DNA of 32,000 bases from Caldivirga maquilingensis IC-167 (GTDB lineage: Archaea > Thermoproteota > Thermoprotei > Thermoproteales > Thermocladiaceae). The stretch spans positions 480,001-512,000 of the forward strand of contig NC_009954.1 of the NCBI RefSeq assembly GCF_000018305.1, written 5' to 3'. The first letter of the stretch is position 1. Each line of letters starts with the position of its first letter. Both the position numbers and the translations under genes were made by a program. Positions 8,526 through 17,388 of this stretch are shown here, one piece after another. The notes under the pieces are model-generated. The model ran no database searches. It had not been told where the DNA came from and saw only the letters and a program-made list of their open reading frames with translations.

Positions 8526-8930
8526 TTACTTACTGCTCCTATCAACAATAGTCTTAGTGAAGGTCTTGGGGTTAAGTTGCTTTATAATGTAGTCGTAGGC
8601 GTCCCAAGGTCTTGAATGCTCACCACAGGTGTAGACATCAATTGTGGCGTAATTATATGCAGGCCAGGTGTGTATTGCTATGTGTGACTCCAGTACTAAG
8701 GCTATTACTGATACCCCACCCTTATCCCCACCTCCAAAGCGCCAAACCTTAACATCAACAAGATGCATATTAGCAACCTCAGCTGCTTTAATCACAAGGT
8801 TCTTCAAGTATTCGTCATCCTGAAGCAACTTATCATTAACCCCCCATACTTCACCAAATACATGTCGACCAACCACACCCTCTTCCCCAACCCCCAGTCG
8901 GGGGATTGGACTTTCCTGCTGTTGCAACAT
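8526..8930 (-). CDS. speH: pyruvoyl-dependent decarboxylase proenzyme of the SpeH (class 1b AdoMetDC) family, either S-adenosylmethionine decarboxylase or the crenarchaeal arginine decarboxylase paralogue
   Basis: It has the self-cleavage and active-site block GGVSVIALVLESHIAIHTWPAYNYATIDVYTCG. The ORF is open to a TTG at 8954, but the TATA (8966..8973) is only 12 nt from that codon, so I prefer the ATG at 8930 (MLQQQESP...). Confidence 0.85.
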   Translation of the reverse strand: MLQQQESPIPRLGVGEEGVVGRHVFGEVWGVNDKLLQDDEYLKNLVIKAAEVANMHLVDVKVWRFGGGDKGGVSVIALVLESHIAIHTWPAYNYATIDVYTCGEHSRPWDAYDYIIKQLNPKTFTKTIVDRSSK

Positions 8931-9192
8931 TTTTCCAATTGCCCGATTAATCAAGGAACTGACCTGTTTTTAAACATTTCCCACCATTAACCACCGCTAT
9001 ATATATCTAATTTATTAATTAACATAGGTAAGTTAGCCCTAGTCAAATCTAGGAAACGTAATTATCATGAGTGAAGAAGTATATAGATAATTCACAAATC
9101 GAGTGGGATAATGTAATGAACCCAACTGATTATGGGTATTACAGCATTGATGCTGAGTTAACCATATTAACCACTACTTGGGGTTAGGCTTA

Positions 9193-9242
9193 GTGATGAG
9201 GAGGCATTTGCATGAGTGAGTGATTACTGCTGGAACTGCTGA
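9193..9242 (+). ncRNA. candidate C/D-box sRNA (2'-O-methylation guide)
   Basis: The layout is C GTGATGA (9193-9199), a 12-nt guide ggaggcatttgc, D' ATGA, a 4-nt linker, C' GTGATTA (9220-9226), a 12-nt guide ctgctggaactg, and D CTGA (9239-9242), for 50 nt in total. A TATA-like atattaa at 9164..9170 is centred 26 nt upstream of the C box. It lies in the intergenic region between the decarboxylase and thiD genes. Confidence 0.5.
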
Positions 9243-9323
9243 TTCAGTAGTAGGCTTAACCATAATTGAATTAATCCTTAAGGTGTGCAATAATAACCAT
9301 GTTATGGGTAACCTATAGTAGTG

Positions 9324-9331
9324 TTTATTAA
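9324..9331 (+). promoter_or_regulatory. TATA box (tttattaa) for the thiD/thiN gene
   Basis: It is centred about 27 nt upstream of the ATG at 9354. Confidence 0.45.
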
Positions 9332-9353
9332 GGTGATTAACCACCTTTAAAAC

Positions 9354-10664
9354 ATGGCGGTTAAGTTACCCAAGGCATTAACAATAGCAGGCCTGGACTC
9401 AGGGGGTGGGGCTGGTATTACGGCTGATTTAAAGACATTCCACGCCATGGGGGTTTACGGCATGGTTGCGTTAACCGCTGTCACCGCTCAGAACACGCTT
9501 GGTGTTAAGGCAGTTCAGGAGATTGAACCCAGTATTGTTGAGGCCCAGATTAACGCTGTTGCTGAGGATATTGGTGTTGATGCGGCTAAGACCGGTATGC
9601 TGAGTAGTTCACCTATAATGGAGAGCGTGGCTAAGGTAGTTAGGAGGTGGGGATTCCCATTAGTTGTAGATCCTGTAATGTATGCTAAGAGCGGGGACCC
9701 ATTAATGAGGCAGGATGCCATTGATACCTTAAGGAGAACCATAATTCCCCTAGCCAAGGTGGTAACCCCAAATATCCCTGAGGCTGAAGCCTTATCTGGA
9801 GTCAGCATTAGGAACCTTAATGATGCTAAGGCAGCGGCTAAGAGGATTGCGGAGGAGTTTCACCCCGAAATCGTTATAGTTAAGGGTGGGCACCTTACGG
9901 GTGCTGAGAGCATTGACGTGGTTTACTTTAGGGATAATGGTGAATACAGGGAATTGAGCGCACCCAGGATTAGTACAGGAAACACCCACGGTACTGGATG
10001 CAGCTTCTCAGCAGCCATAGCTGCTGGTTTAGCTAAAGGTATGAGTCCTTGGGACTCCATTAAGCAGGCTAAGGAGTTAATAACAATGGCTATTCAGTAC
10101 TCCCTACCCCTGGGTCATGGTCATGGTCCAGTTAACCCAATGTCATGGATTGAGTTAAGGGCTTATAGGTATGATGCTGTGATGGATTTAAGCAATGCAA
10201 TGAGTATTATTAAGAATAAGGTAGGTGAGTTAATTGACTCTCAGGATAATGGTGGCATAGCCGTTACTCCACCACAACCCTACGCCATTGATCCAAGTAA
10301 TGTGATTACAGTAACCTGGAGGAGTATTGAGGAAGGGTTACCAATCAGCATAATTACGCGTAGCGGTGGTGGTCGCCTAGTTAAGTACGCCTTAGGCATG
10401 GTTAACAGTAATCCGGAGTTAAGGGCGTTACTGCTCATAAGTGGTTTAAGTAACCTAATAAGTAGGGTCAAGAGAGTGTTAAGTACGTATGAGTATGGTT
10501 TAAGCAGAGATGAGGCAAGACTCATTAGTAGCGCGCTCACTGAGGCTTTAAGGTCATTGAATAGAGTACCTGACGCCATTCACTTAACCAGCTTTAATGA
10601 TCTCGTTATAATGGGTGAATCAGCCACCGCTGTGGTTAATAAGTTAATGAAGGCGCTTAGTTAA
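9354..10664 (+). CDS. thiDN: hydroxymethylpyrimidine/phosphomethylpyrimidine kinase (ThiD) fused to a C-terminal ThiN-like domain (archaeal ThiDN architecture)
   Basis: 436 aa. The N-terminal 265 aa or so are clearly ThiD ([42 protein letters not shown]). The C-terminal 170 aa or so sit where ThiN occurs in archaeal ThiDN, but I could not confirm ThiN motifs by eye. Confidence 0.75.
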   Translation: MAVKLPKALTIAGLDSGGGAGITADLKTFHAMGVYGMVALTAVTAQNTLGVKAVQEIEPSIVEAQINAVAEDIGVDAAKTGMLSSSPIMESVAKVVRRWGFPLVVDPVMYAKSGDPLMRQDAIDTLRRTIIPLAKVVTPNIPEAEALSGVSIRNLNDAKAAAKRIAEEFHPEIVIVKGGHLTGAESIDVVYFRDNGEYRELSAPRISTGNTHGTGCSFSAAIAAGLAKGMSPWDSIKQAKELITMAIQYSLPLGHGHGPVNPMSWIELRAYRYDAVMDLSNAMSIIKNKVGELIDSQDNGGIAVTPPQPYAIDPSNVITVTWRSIEEGLPISIITRSGGGRLVKYALGMVNSNPELRALLLISGLSNLISRVKRVLSTYEYGLSRDEARLISSALTEALRSLNRVPDAIHLTSFNDLVIMGESATAVVNKLMKALS

Positions 10665-10906
10665 TGGCCTGCCGGCTCCCTATTGGGGAGACTCAGAGAA
10701 CCCCTCCCATTAACATTAGATCTCCAATCGCTTATTTAAAAATCACGAATAATCATGCCTTATTCCTAAAGGATAAGAACTTCCATCACTCAGTGTGCAG
10801 TTAATCCAAGGGAGTAATGGGAAATGTGCAGTGTATGCGAATACTACTTGCCCTAAGTATAGTTTGCTGTTCTTGACTGTGTACGTAAAAATCTATGACT
10901 CAGTAA

Positions 10907-10915
10907 TTTATTAAA
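10907..10915 (+). promoter_or_regulatory. TATA box (tttattaaa) for the ArsR-like gene
   Basis: It is centred about 31 nt upstream of the ATG at 10942. Confidence 0.4.
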
Positions 10916-10941
10916 CCAGAAGCCGTGAATTAGGCTAGTGA

Positions 10942-11262
10942 ATGTATAGAAGTAGAGACTATAAGGATGTTAGGAGATTATTGGTTTGGCTGCTTTACGC
11001 GTCTAGGGGTGGGGAGACTAGGCTTAAGATACTTACATTGCTTAAGCAGAATGGCCAATTAAACGCCAGTCAATTAGCTAAGGCACTTAAGGTTAATTAC
11101 AGAACCGTGACTTACCACTTAGATATTCTTGAGGCCCATAATTTAATTGAAAGAGTCCAGACTAGTCATGGAGTATACTATAGGTTAAGTAGCGCCGGAT
11201 TAACTAACTGGGATTTAATAAGTAAATTACTTAAATACAGTAAGGATAATAAGAAGAATTAA
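10942..11262 (+). CDS. winged helix-turn-helix transcriptional regulator, ArsR/SmtB-like
   Basis: 106 aa. TRLKILTLLKQNGQLNASQLAKALKVNYRTVTYHLDILEAHNLIERV is a typical ArsR-type HTH. Confidence 0.65.
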   Translation: MYRSRDYKDVRRLLVWLLYASRGGETRLKILTLLKQNGQLNASQLAKALKVNYRTVTYHLDILEAHNLIERVQTSHGVYYRLSSAGLTNWDLISKLLKYSKDNKKN

Positions 11263-11324
11263 GAATTAACCCTTAATATAATTCCTCATTCCCGTTCCCC
11301 ACTCTATTAAGGTGACCAGGCAAC

Positions 11325-11362
11325 CCACACATAGATAGAAGTGAAACCATGCGTATGTGTGG
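11325..11362. other. perfect 9-bp stem hairpin (ccacacata / tatgtgtgg, 20-nt loop) in a 254-bp convergent intergenic gap
   Basis: Read directly from the sequence. A second small hairpin, ccgg-ttt-ccgg, follows at 11373..11383. Confidence 0.3.
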
Positions 11363-11516
11363 CCTCGGGAATCCGGTTTCCGGCTGATAAATCTCCTCTT
11401 CACAAATCCAAAACTAAGAACTCAATAAGCAATATAATAATTTAACCCTACTCACTACGACAGTAGAAATAATAAGAAAGCAAGTAATCCTAAACGGCTA
11501 GAGGGTTAACCTTGAA

Positions 11517-12230
11517 TTAAGGATTACCCATTAGCCTTCTCATTATGGAGTTAAGCATCCTCAGTGTTCCCTTATCCAATACAGTTGATCCAGCACTTTC
11601 AATGAATGCCTTTAACGCATTAACATCATTCCTATAATTCACCGTGAACTCATCCCTGTAACTCAACACAGTGGCTCCACTCCACCCTAATGCAGTCAAT
11701 ATTCTCATTATTTTCAAGTAGTCGATGGGACCATTCATTATTGGGTAACCACCCTTGCCATTCTTAATATTATGAGCATAAATGAAACTCACAATATTAA
11801 GATTAGGTAAGAGGAACTCAAGTAGTTTCCTTAAACCCTTAAATGATGGTACATCAACTGTTAAACTAAACCTATGGGGTGGAGGAACAGGAGGTATGTC
11901 TGACTCAGTCTTCACGAACCATGATAATACAATATTATACTCAGCAGCTATATTAAGGAAATCATCCAGGTTTCCCCCCGGGGGCCTTATTATTACTTCA
12001 TTTAAGTTTAGGTAATTGGCTAATTCCATTATCCTAGTGAAATCCCTAATCCTCCTTGGTGTTGGTACCCTAATCGTTAATGGCTCATATTCCTCCAGTT
12101 CAATGGCTAATTCAGGCAGTGACTTACCCCAATTACCCTTAATGTAATCCACTGTATTCAAGGTTACCTGCAGTCCACTAACCTCCTCAGGCTTAACCCT
12201 TAATGGATTAACCTCAACTAACACATCCAT
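11517..12230 (-). CDS. hypothetical protein, 237 aa (alternating beta/alpha pattern, possibly a xylose-isomerase-like TIM barrel)
   Basis: The ORF is long, starts 37 nt downstream of aCPSF1 on the same strand, and has no overlapping competing frame. I recognised no diagnostic motif. Confidence 0.55.
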   Translation of the reverse strand: MDVLVEVNPLRVKPEEVSGLQVTLNTVDYIKGNWGKSLPELAIELEEYEPLTIRVPTPRRIRDFTRIMELANYLNLNEVIIRPPGGNLDDFLNIAAEYNIVLSWFVKTESDIPPVPPPHRFSLTVDVPSFKGLRKLLEFLLPNLNIVSFIYAHNIKNGKGGYPIMNGPIDYLKIMRILTALGWSGATVLSYRDEFTVNYRNDVNALKAFIESAGSTVLDKGTLRMLNSIMRRLMGNP

Positions 12231-12267
12231 TGATGCTTAATTCAAGTTAACGTTAATTAATGTTTCC

Positions 12268-14178
12268 CTAAACTAACCTAATTGACTCAAGGTGGTTAAG
12301 CATTACTGTATCTATCTTATACTTTAACTCTATGCTTAAAGCCAGGTTCATTAACTTACTTGGTTCACCGTGAACAAGCATAACCTTATGTGGCTTAGGC
12401 TCAATCCTACCCACGTAGTTCATTAACTGCTTCCTATCGCTGTGACCTGAGAAGCCTGGTTCATGGAATACATTCATGTTAACATTAACGGTGATATCCT
12501 GGTCATAGTACTTTAAGTTAACCTTACGCTCACCTTGAATAAGTCTCCTACCCAGGGTCCCCTCCCCCTGGTATGATACGAATATTAGACTGTTCTTGGC
12601 GTCATCAGCCATATGGACGAAGTAATCCATGGCTGGCCCACCACTAAGCATACCATGCGGCGCCAGTATTATTGATGGTGGACCCTGCAGTATATCCATG
12701 ACTTGTTCCTGCCTCTTATCAGGGTTCCTAGCCCTCTCCACTGGTTTAACGTACTCTGAGATAAATGGGTTAACCCCATCGTATATCAACTCCTTAACAT
12801 TATTATTCAAGTAATCCGGGAACATTAAGTGGACGTTAAGTGTCTGAAGAACCATACCATCAACGTATATTGGGGCCTTAGTTAACTTACCCGCCTGCAT
12901 TGAATCATTAAGTAGGAATAATATTTCCTGAGCCCTACCTGTACTGAAGACTGGTATAAGCACCTTACCACCGTTTTCAAGGGTCTTACCAACCAGTTGA
13001 ATTAACTCAGCCTCAGCCTCCTCCCTAGGCTTCTGAACATCATCCTTACCACCGTAGGTTGACTCCATTATGAGTAATTCCACGCGCTTAAAGATACTGT
13101 GGGCTGGGTTAAGTAACCTAGAGGGACCGTACTTGAAGTCACCGGTGTAAACTATGTTATATAACCCATTACCAATGTGAAGGTGGGATAAGGCTGAACC
13201 AATCTCATGACCAGCATCATAGAGCGTTAACTTAATGTCAGGTGAAATATCAGTAACATCACCGTAATCCACCGTGACGCTGTGGTATAGGCTTGAAGCT
13301 AATTCACTTAACCCATAGTAAGAGTAACCACGCTCAGAGGATAAGTCTATGTAATCAGTTAAGAGAATCTCCATTAGGTACTTGGTTGGCTCAGTCATGT
13401 ATACTGGACCCTTGTAACCATACTTGTATAGGTAGGGTAGCATACCTATGTGATCCAGGTGAGCATGGGAAATCACCACAGCGTCCAGGTTATCAACATC
13501 TATTACGTCAAAGAACGGAGCCTCATCCATACCCCCACTGGGCTTAACACCCGCATCAAGTAGGACCCTGCTTTCACTGGTCTCAATAAGCAACGCACTC
13601 CTACCCACCTCGAAGCATGCGCCTAGGCAAGTTACCTTAACGTACTCATTCTTATACACCGGTAGCCTATGTATCCTTAAACCAATGCTCTTCAGGAACT
13701 CCGCCCTCTCCTTACTCATCAACATATCCACATTGTTAACAGCATCAATGTCATCCCTAGGTAAACCCTTAGACATATCTAGGGCTGTTGTAACTATTAC
13801 TGGTCTCCAACCTGTTTGAGATAATATAGCTTTATCAAGACCCTTAATTACCTGGGGTTTCCTAAGGAATATGTAGACATCACCTAATTGATCATTGAAG
13901 TAAATTTTATCAACCTCATTACCACCATCAGTTATCATCTTTCTAATAACCTTCTCAACCTCCTCCTTAGGTGCCCTAGCCTTCTCATCACCCTTAATTA
14001 TAATGTGCTTCTTAAGCTCCTTAGCAAGCATCTTTATTAACTCACTATTACTCATGATGTAGCCTGGGTTAAGTGAGTATATGGATACGTGAGGCCCCTC
14101 AAACTCAATCCTAGTTACCTTAGCCTCCTCAGGCAGCATCTTAATAATCTTCTCCTCTATATCAGGTCTAAGCGCCAT
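12268..14178 (-). CDS. archaeal CPSF1 / FttA: KH-domain beta-CASP metallo-beta-lactamase ribonuclease (transcription termination factor)
   Basis: 636 aa with N-terminal KH-like repeats, the MBL motif VVISHAHLDHIG and beta-CASP motifs. The C-terminus is VMLVHGEP. An SD-like GAGGGTG lies 9 nt upstream of the ATG. Confidence 0.9.
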   Translation of the reverse strand: MALRPDIEEKIIKMLPEEAKVTRIEFEGPHVSIYSLNPGYIMSNSELIKMLAKELKKHIIIKGDEKARAPKEEVEKVIRKMITDGGNEVDKIYFNDQLGDVYIFLRKPQVIKGLDKAILSQTGWRPVIVTTALDMSKGLPRDDIDAVNNVDMLMSKERAEFLKSIGLRIHRLPVYKNEYVKVTCLGACFEVGRSALLIETSESRVLLDAGVKPSGGMDEAPFFDVIDVDNLDAVVISHAHLDHIGMLPYLYKYGYKGPVYMTEPTKYLMEILLTDYIDLSSERGYSYYGLSELASSLYHSVTVDYGDVTDISPDIKLTLYDAGHEIGSALSHLHIGNGLYNIVYTGDFKYGPSRLLNPAHSIFKRVELLIMESTYGGKDDVQKPREEAEAELIQLVGKTLENGGKVLIPVFSTGRAQEILFLLNDSMQAGKLTKAPIYVDGMVLQTLNVHLMFPDYLNNNVKELIYDGVNPFISEYVKPVERARNPDKRQEQVMDILQGPPSIILAPHGMLSGGPAMDYFVHMADDAKNSLIFVSYQGEGTLGRRLIQGERKVNLKYYDQDITVNVNMNVFHEPGFSGHSDRKQLMNYVGRIEPKPHKVMLVHGEPSKLMNLALSIELKYKIDTVMLNHLESIRLV

Positions 14179-14553
14179 TCCATAAACACCCTCAAGACAT
14201 GTCTCATTACCCTAAGGTATTTATAAACGTTATGCAAAAGCTAACTCAACACCCTTCTTTAACCCAATACACCCTATCGCTTAATCCCATTTATTAGAGT
14301 AATGAATTAATTGCCTCACTTATGAATCACGTTAATTAACCCAGTCCTTACCTAGGAATACCTTACGTATGCTGCATTATTTATATTTAAAATGCATCGG
14401 TAATCAGGAAATTAATTTAGGAATAATGATCCATGAGCCTATTTTTAGAGGGAACTAAGATTAAGATAATGATTTAATTATGAGATAGGTATTTCCCTAG
14501 GTGGTTAAATACTTAAATACCCATTATGATTAAGATAACGCCGCGGTGAAATA

Positions 14554-15561
14554 ATGCCTGATTTCTCAGACACGCCGTGGATTAATGGTAATCAGCTTGT
14601 TGTAGCTCATAGACTAAGAATGTGGTATACTGTGCGTACAGGCTTATTCTCAAAACCCAGGTACGTTAAGGCTGTTGATGATGTAAGCATTAGTATCGGT
14701 AATGGTGAAACAATGGCAATAGTTGGCGAATCAGGCAGTGGTAAAACAACGTTAGGCAGGGTCCTCATTAGGCTTCTTAAGCCCACTGGGGGTGAATTAT
14801 TCTTTGATGGCAAGGATATTGCCCATGAGGATGATCATAACCTACTTTGGTTCAGGAGAAGAACCGCGATTGTTCTCCAGGACCCATTCTCAAGCCTTAA
14901 CCCCTACCACAATGTTAAGTTCATTGTTGAGGAACCATTAATAATTAATGGTATAGACCCCAAGGAGAGAGATGAATTAGTCCGCAGGGCTCTTGAGGAG
15001 GTTAAGTTGACACCAGTTGATGATTACCTATACAAGTATCCTCATCAACTTTCAGGGGGCCAGAGGCAGAGGGTTTCCATAGCTAGGGCCATTGTCACTA
15101 GGCCCGATTTCATAGTTGCTGATGAGCCTGTCTCAATGCTTGACGCCTCAGTGAGGGTTGAGATACTTACCATTCTTAAGAGTATTCAGGAAAGGGATAA
15201 GATTGCCTTCGCCTACATTACACACGATATCTCCACCGCAAAGTACTTCAGTGATAAGATACTGGTGATGTATGCTGGTAAGATGGCTGAGATTGGGTCC
15301 TATAGAGATGTGGTAAAGGAACCTCATCACCCTTATACTCAAGCCTTAATTGAAGCTATACCTGACCCGGACCCCAAGAATAGGTTTAGTGAAAGGAAGG
15401 TTGTTACAGGCGAGCCGCCTAATTTAGCTAACCCGCCTCCGGGTTGTAGGTTTCATCCAAGGTGCCCATTCGCCATGGATATTTGCCGTAGGGAGGAGCC
15501 GCCCATGATTGAGGTTAAGAAGGGTATATACGTTGCCTGCTGGCTATACGCCAAGAGGTAA
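14554..15561 (+). CDS. ABC transporter ATP-binding protein, oligopeptide/dipeptide (OppF/DppF) type, with no adjacent permease or binding protein
   Basis: 335 aa. It has Walker A GESGSGKTT, signature LSGGQRQR, Walker B FIVADEPVSMLD and the Opp-type C-terminal domain HPYTQALIEAIP...PPGCRFHPRCPFAMDIC...C. An SD-like GGTGA lies 5 nt upstream of the ATG. Confidence 0.85.
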   Translation: MPDFSDTPWINGNQLVVAHRLRMWYTVRTGLFSKPRYVKAVDDVSISIGNGETMAIVGESGSGKTTLGRVLIRLLKPTGGELFFDGKDIAHEDDHNLLWFRRRTAIVLQDPFSSLNPYHNVKFIVEEPLIINGIDPKERDELVRRALEEVKLTPVDDYLYKYPHQLSGGQRQRVSIARAIVTRPDFIVADEPVSMLDASVRVEILTILKSIQERDKIAFAYITHDISTAKYFSDKILVMYAGKMAEIGSYRDVVKEPHHPYTQALIEAIPDPDPKNRFSERKVVTGEPPNLANPPPGCRFHPRCPFAMDICRREEPPMIEVKKGIYVACWLYAKR

Positions 15562-15569
15562 ATGAGTAC

Positions 15570-17354
15570 TCATTGGGCTTGAGCCTTCCAGGTGCTTCTA
15601 AGCTTCATGAATTCCTCAAGTACCTCAACTTCATCACTGCTTAAGTGATCCTTATACTGCATTATTAATTTAACAGCATGCTCCAATGGTACGTTAACGT
15701 AGAGTACGTCACCCTCCTTAATGTGCCTACCAACAATTACATTACCCTCTATTGAAATCGCCACACTCATACCCTTCTTAGCCACTTGAATCGGCTTACC
15801 CTTATCCTGAATCTGCATTATGACGCCGACCTCCTTCCCATTAGCCTTAACCAACCTGTAACCTGGCTTAATTAAACCACCCAACACCTCAACACCCACT
15901 ATTGCTGGGTCACTTCTCCTGAATACGTAGCCTGGTATTATGGCTATTTTACCTGGCCTAACGTACTTACTTAACTCACTCTCAATAAGCCTACTCTTCT
16001 CCTCGTTAAACCACTTGGTGAATTCCTCAACAAGCCTGTAAAGGATATTGTTTTGGAATATTGTAACTAATTGAACCTTAGCCTCCTCCTCAACCTCCTT
16101 AGGGACCTTAACGTTAAACGCCAGTACTACACCATATAGTGGATTCTTCCTCCTAACCACTGAGGCATCTATAATATCCCTCCTTGTTACTGGGCCAATA
16201 TCAGCCTTCCTAACAGGTATTCCCTGTGACCTTAGGTAAAGCACCATGGCCTCAAGCGTACCTAGTGTGTCTGCCTTAGCCACAACACCTATTTGATCAG
16301 TTTCAATTTTAACTGATGCAGCATCCTTAACAACCTCATCAATGTACGGCTTAGGATCACCCTGAACCACGTACACTGATGAACCTGGCACAACATCATC
16401 CAACCCATCCGCAATCACCTTAACCCCAGCCGCTGCCTCAACCTCATTAATATGCATGTACTTATCCTCCGGGTCCCTCATTTCATCAAGCGGCTTAGGC
16501 ATCACCATCATTCTAATCCTAGTAACCACAGGGCCGTTAAGGCCCATGGCCACTATGGTGTCTCCCTTCCTCATGACACCATCGTAGAGGACCACATCCA
16601 TTGTGGTTCCAAGCCCCTTCTCCTCCTTAACCTCCATTACAACACCCTTACCTGGACCACCAACTAACCTTAACCTATCTTTAACCAGTCTTTGGGTTAA
16701 ACCAGCCATTAGAACCAGTAAATCCGGGATACCCTCACCTGTCACTGCACTGGTGGGCACTATGGGTACTTGCCTACTGAAGTCAGTTATCCTATCAAAC
16801 CTCTCAGCCTCAAAGCCCTGCTTATTAAAATCCATTATTATATTGGCTAAAGCCTCCTCAAGCCTACCCTGGGTCTCCTCATCCTGGGCATTATAGGAGT
16901 CTAGTATTGAGGCATTGGGTATTGGCTTCCACCCATATATCCTATCAACCTTATTAGCCGCCACAACGAAGGGTATATTCCTACTCTTAAGCAGTATTAG
17001 GCTCTCATAAGTCTGCTCCTCAAAACCCCTAGTTAGGTCGATTACAAGTATGGCTAAGTCAGCCACTGAACCACCCCTACGCCTAAGGTTAGAGAAGGCT
17101 GCGTGACCTGGGGTATCAACCATTAGGAAGCCCTTAACCCAAACCTTACCCTTCAACCTATACCTCTCAATAACTGGGGCAGCGTACTTCTCAATGATAG
17201 GCCAAGGCAAGTAGGATAAGCCAATGTGCTGGGTAATCATACCTGGCTCCCTGTAGGCTACCATGGTGTTCCTAATCTTATCCAACAGTAATGTCTTCCC
17301 AACGTCCACATGCCCAACAACAACCACTATGGGTGCCCTATAATTCTCAGACAT
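15570..17354 (-). CDS. infB: translation initiation factor aIF5B (IF2 homologue)
   Basis: 594 aa with GTPase motifs GHVDVGKT, DTPGH and NKVD and the four-domain length typical of aIF5B. There is no intein. Confidence 0.95.
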   Translation of the reverse strand: MSENYRAPIVVVVGHVDVGKTLLLDKIRNTMVAYREPGMITQHIGLSYLPWPIIEKYAAPVIERYRLKGKVWVKGFLMVDTPGHAAFSNLRRRGGSVADLAILVIDLTRGFEEQTYESLILLKSRNIPFVVAANKVDRIYGWKPIPNASILDSYNAQDEETQGRLEEALANIIMDFNKQGFEAERFDRITDFSRQVPIVPTSAVTGEGIPDLLVLMAGLTQRLVKDRLRLVGGPGKGVVMEVKEEKGLGTTMDVVLYDGVMRKGDTIVAMGLNGPVVTRIRMMVMPKPLDEMRDPEDKYMHINEVEAAAGVKVIADGLDDVVPGSSVYVVQGDPKPYIDEVVKDAASVKIETDQIGVVAKADTLGTLEAMVLYLRSQGIPVRKADIGPVTRRDIIDASVVRRKNPLYGVVLAFNVKVPKEVEEEAKVQLVTIFQNNILYRLVEEFTKWFNEEKSRLIESELSKYVRPGKIAIIPGYVFRRSDPAIVGVEVLGGLIKPGYRLVKANGKEVGVIMQIQDKGKPIQVAKKGMSVAISIEGNVIVGRHIKEGDVLYVNVPLEHAVKLIMQYKDHLSSDEVEVLEEFMKLRSTWKAQAQ

Positions 17355-17378
17355 GGTATCAGAAGTAAGGGTTAATCC

Positions 17379-17388
17379 TATTTAATAA
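17379..17388 (-). promoter_or_regulatory. TATA box (TTATTAAATA on the minus strand) for infB
   Basis: It ends 24 nt upstream of the ATG at 17354. Confidence 0.45.

Noticed and set aside
8955-9353. Looked for a TPP riboswitch upstream of thiDN.
   Set aside because: I could not find the conserved CUGAGA / ACCUGAUCUGGAUAAUGCCAGCG-type elements, and thiDN appears leaderless with its TATA at -27. The region is better explained by the C/D sRNA candidate.
10676-10708. Alternative hairpins just after the thiDN stop: ctccc-tattg-gggag, or gggag pairing with a second ctccc at 10704..10708.
   Set aside because: The stems are only 5 bp, there is no following T-run, and I have no evidence for a switch. 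This is too weak to call a terminator or regulatory RNA.
9515-16896. Assorted antisense or out-of-frame ORF-track entries inside thiDN (9515..9808, 9792..9989, 10280..10579), the 237-aa gene (11782..12015), aCPSF1 (12629..12814, 13293..13547), oppF (14607..14813, 15148..15342) and infB (16452..16667, 16603..16896).
   Set aside because: Each is embedded in a longer ORF with clear family motifs and translates to compositionally biased text. There are no promoters and no domains.
2871-17354. Checked rpoB and aIF5B for inteins, and rpoB for the B'/B'' split.
   Set aside because: The lengths (1131 aa and 594 aa) and the contiguous motif order leave no room for an intein, and rpoB is a single ORF.
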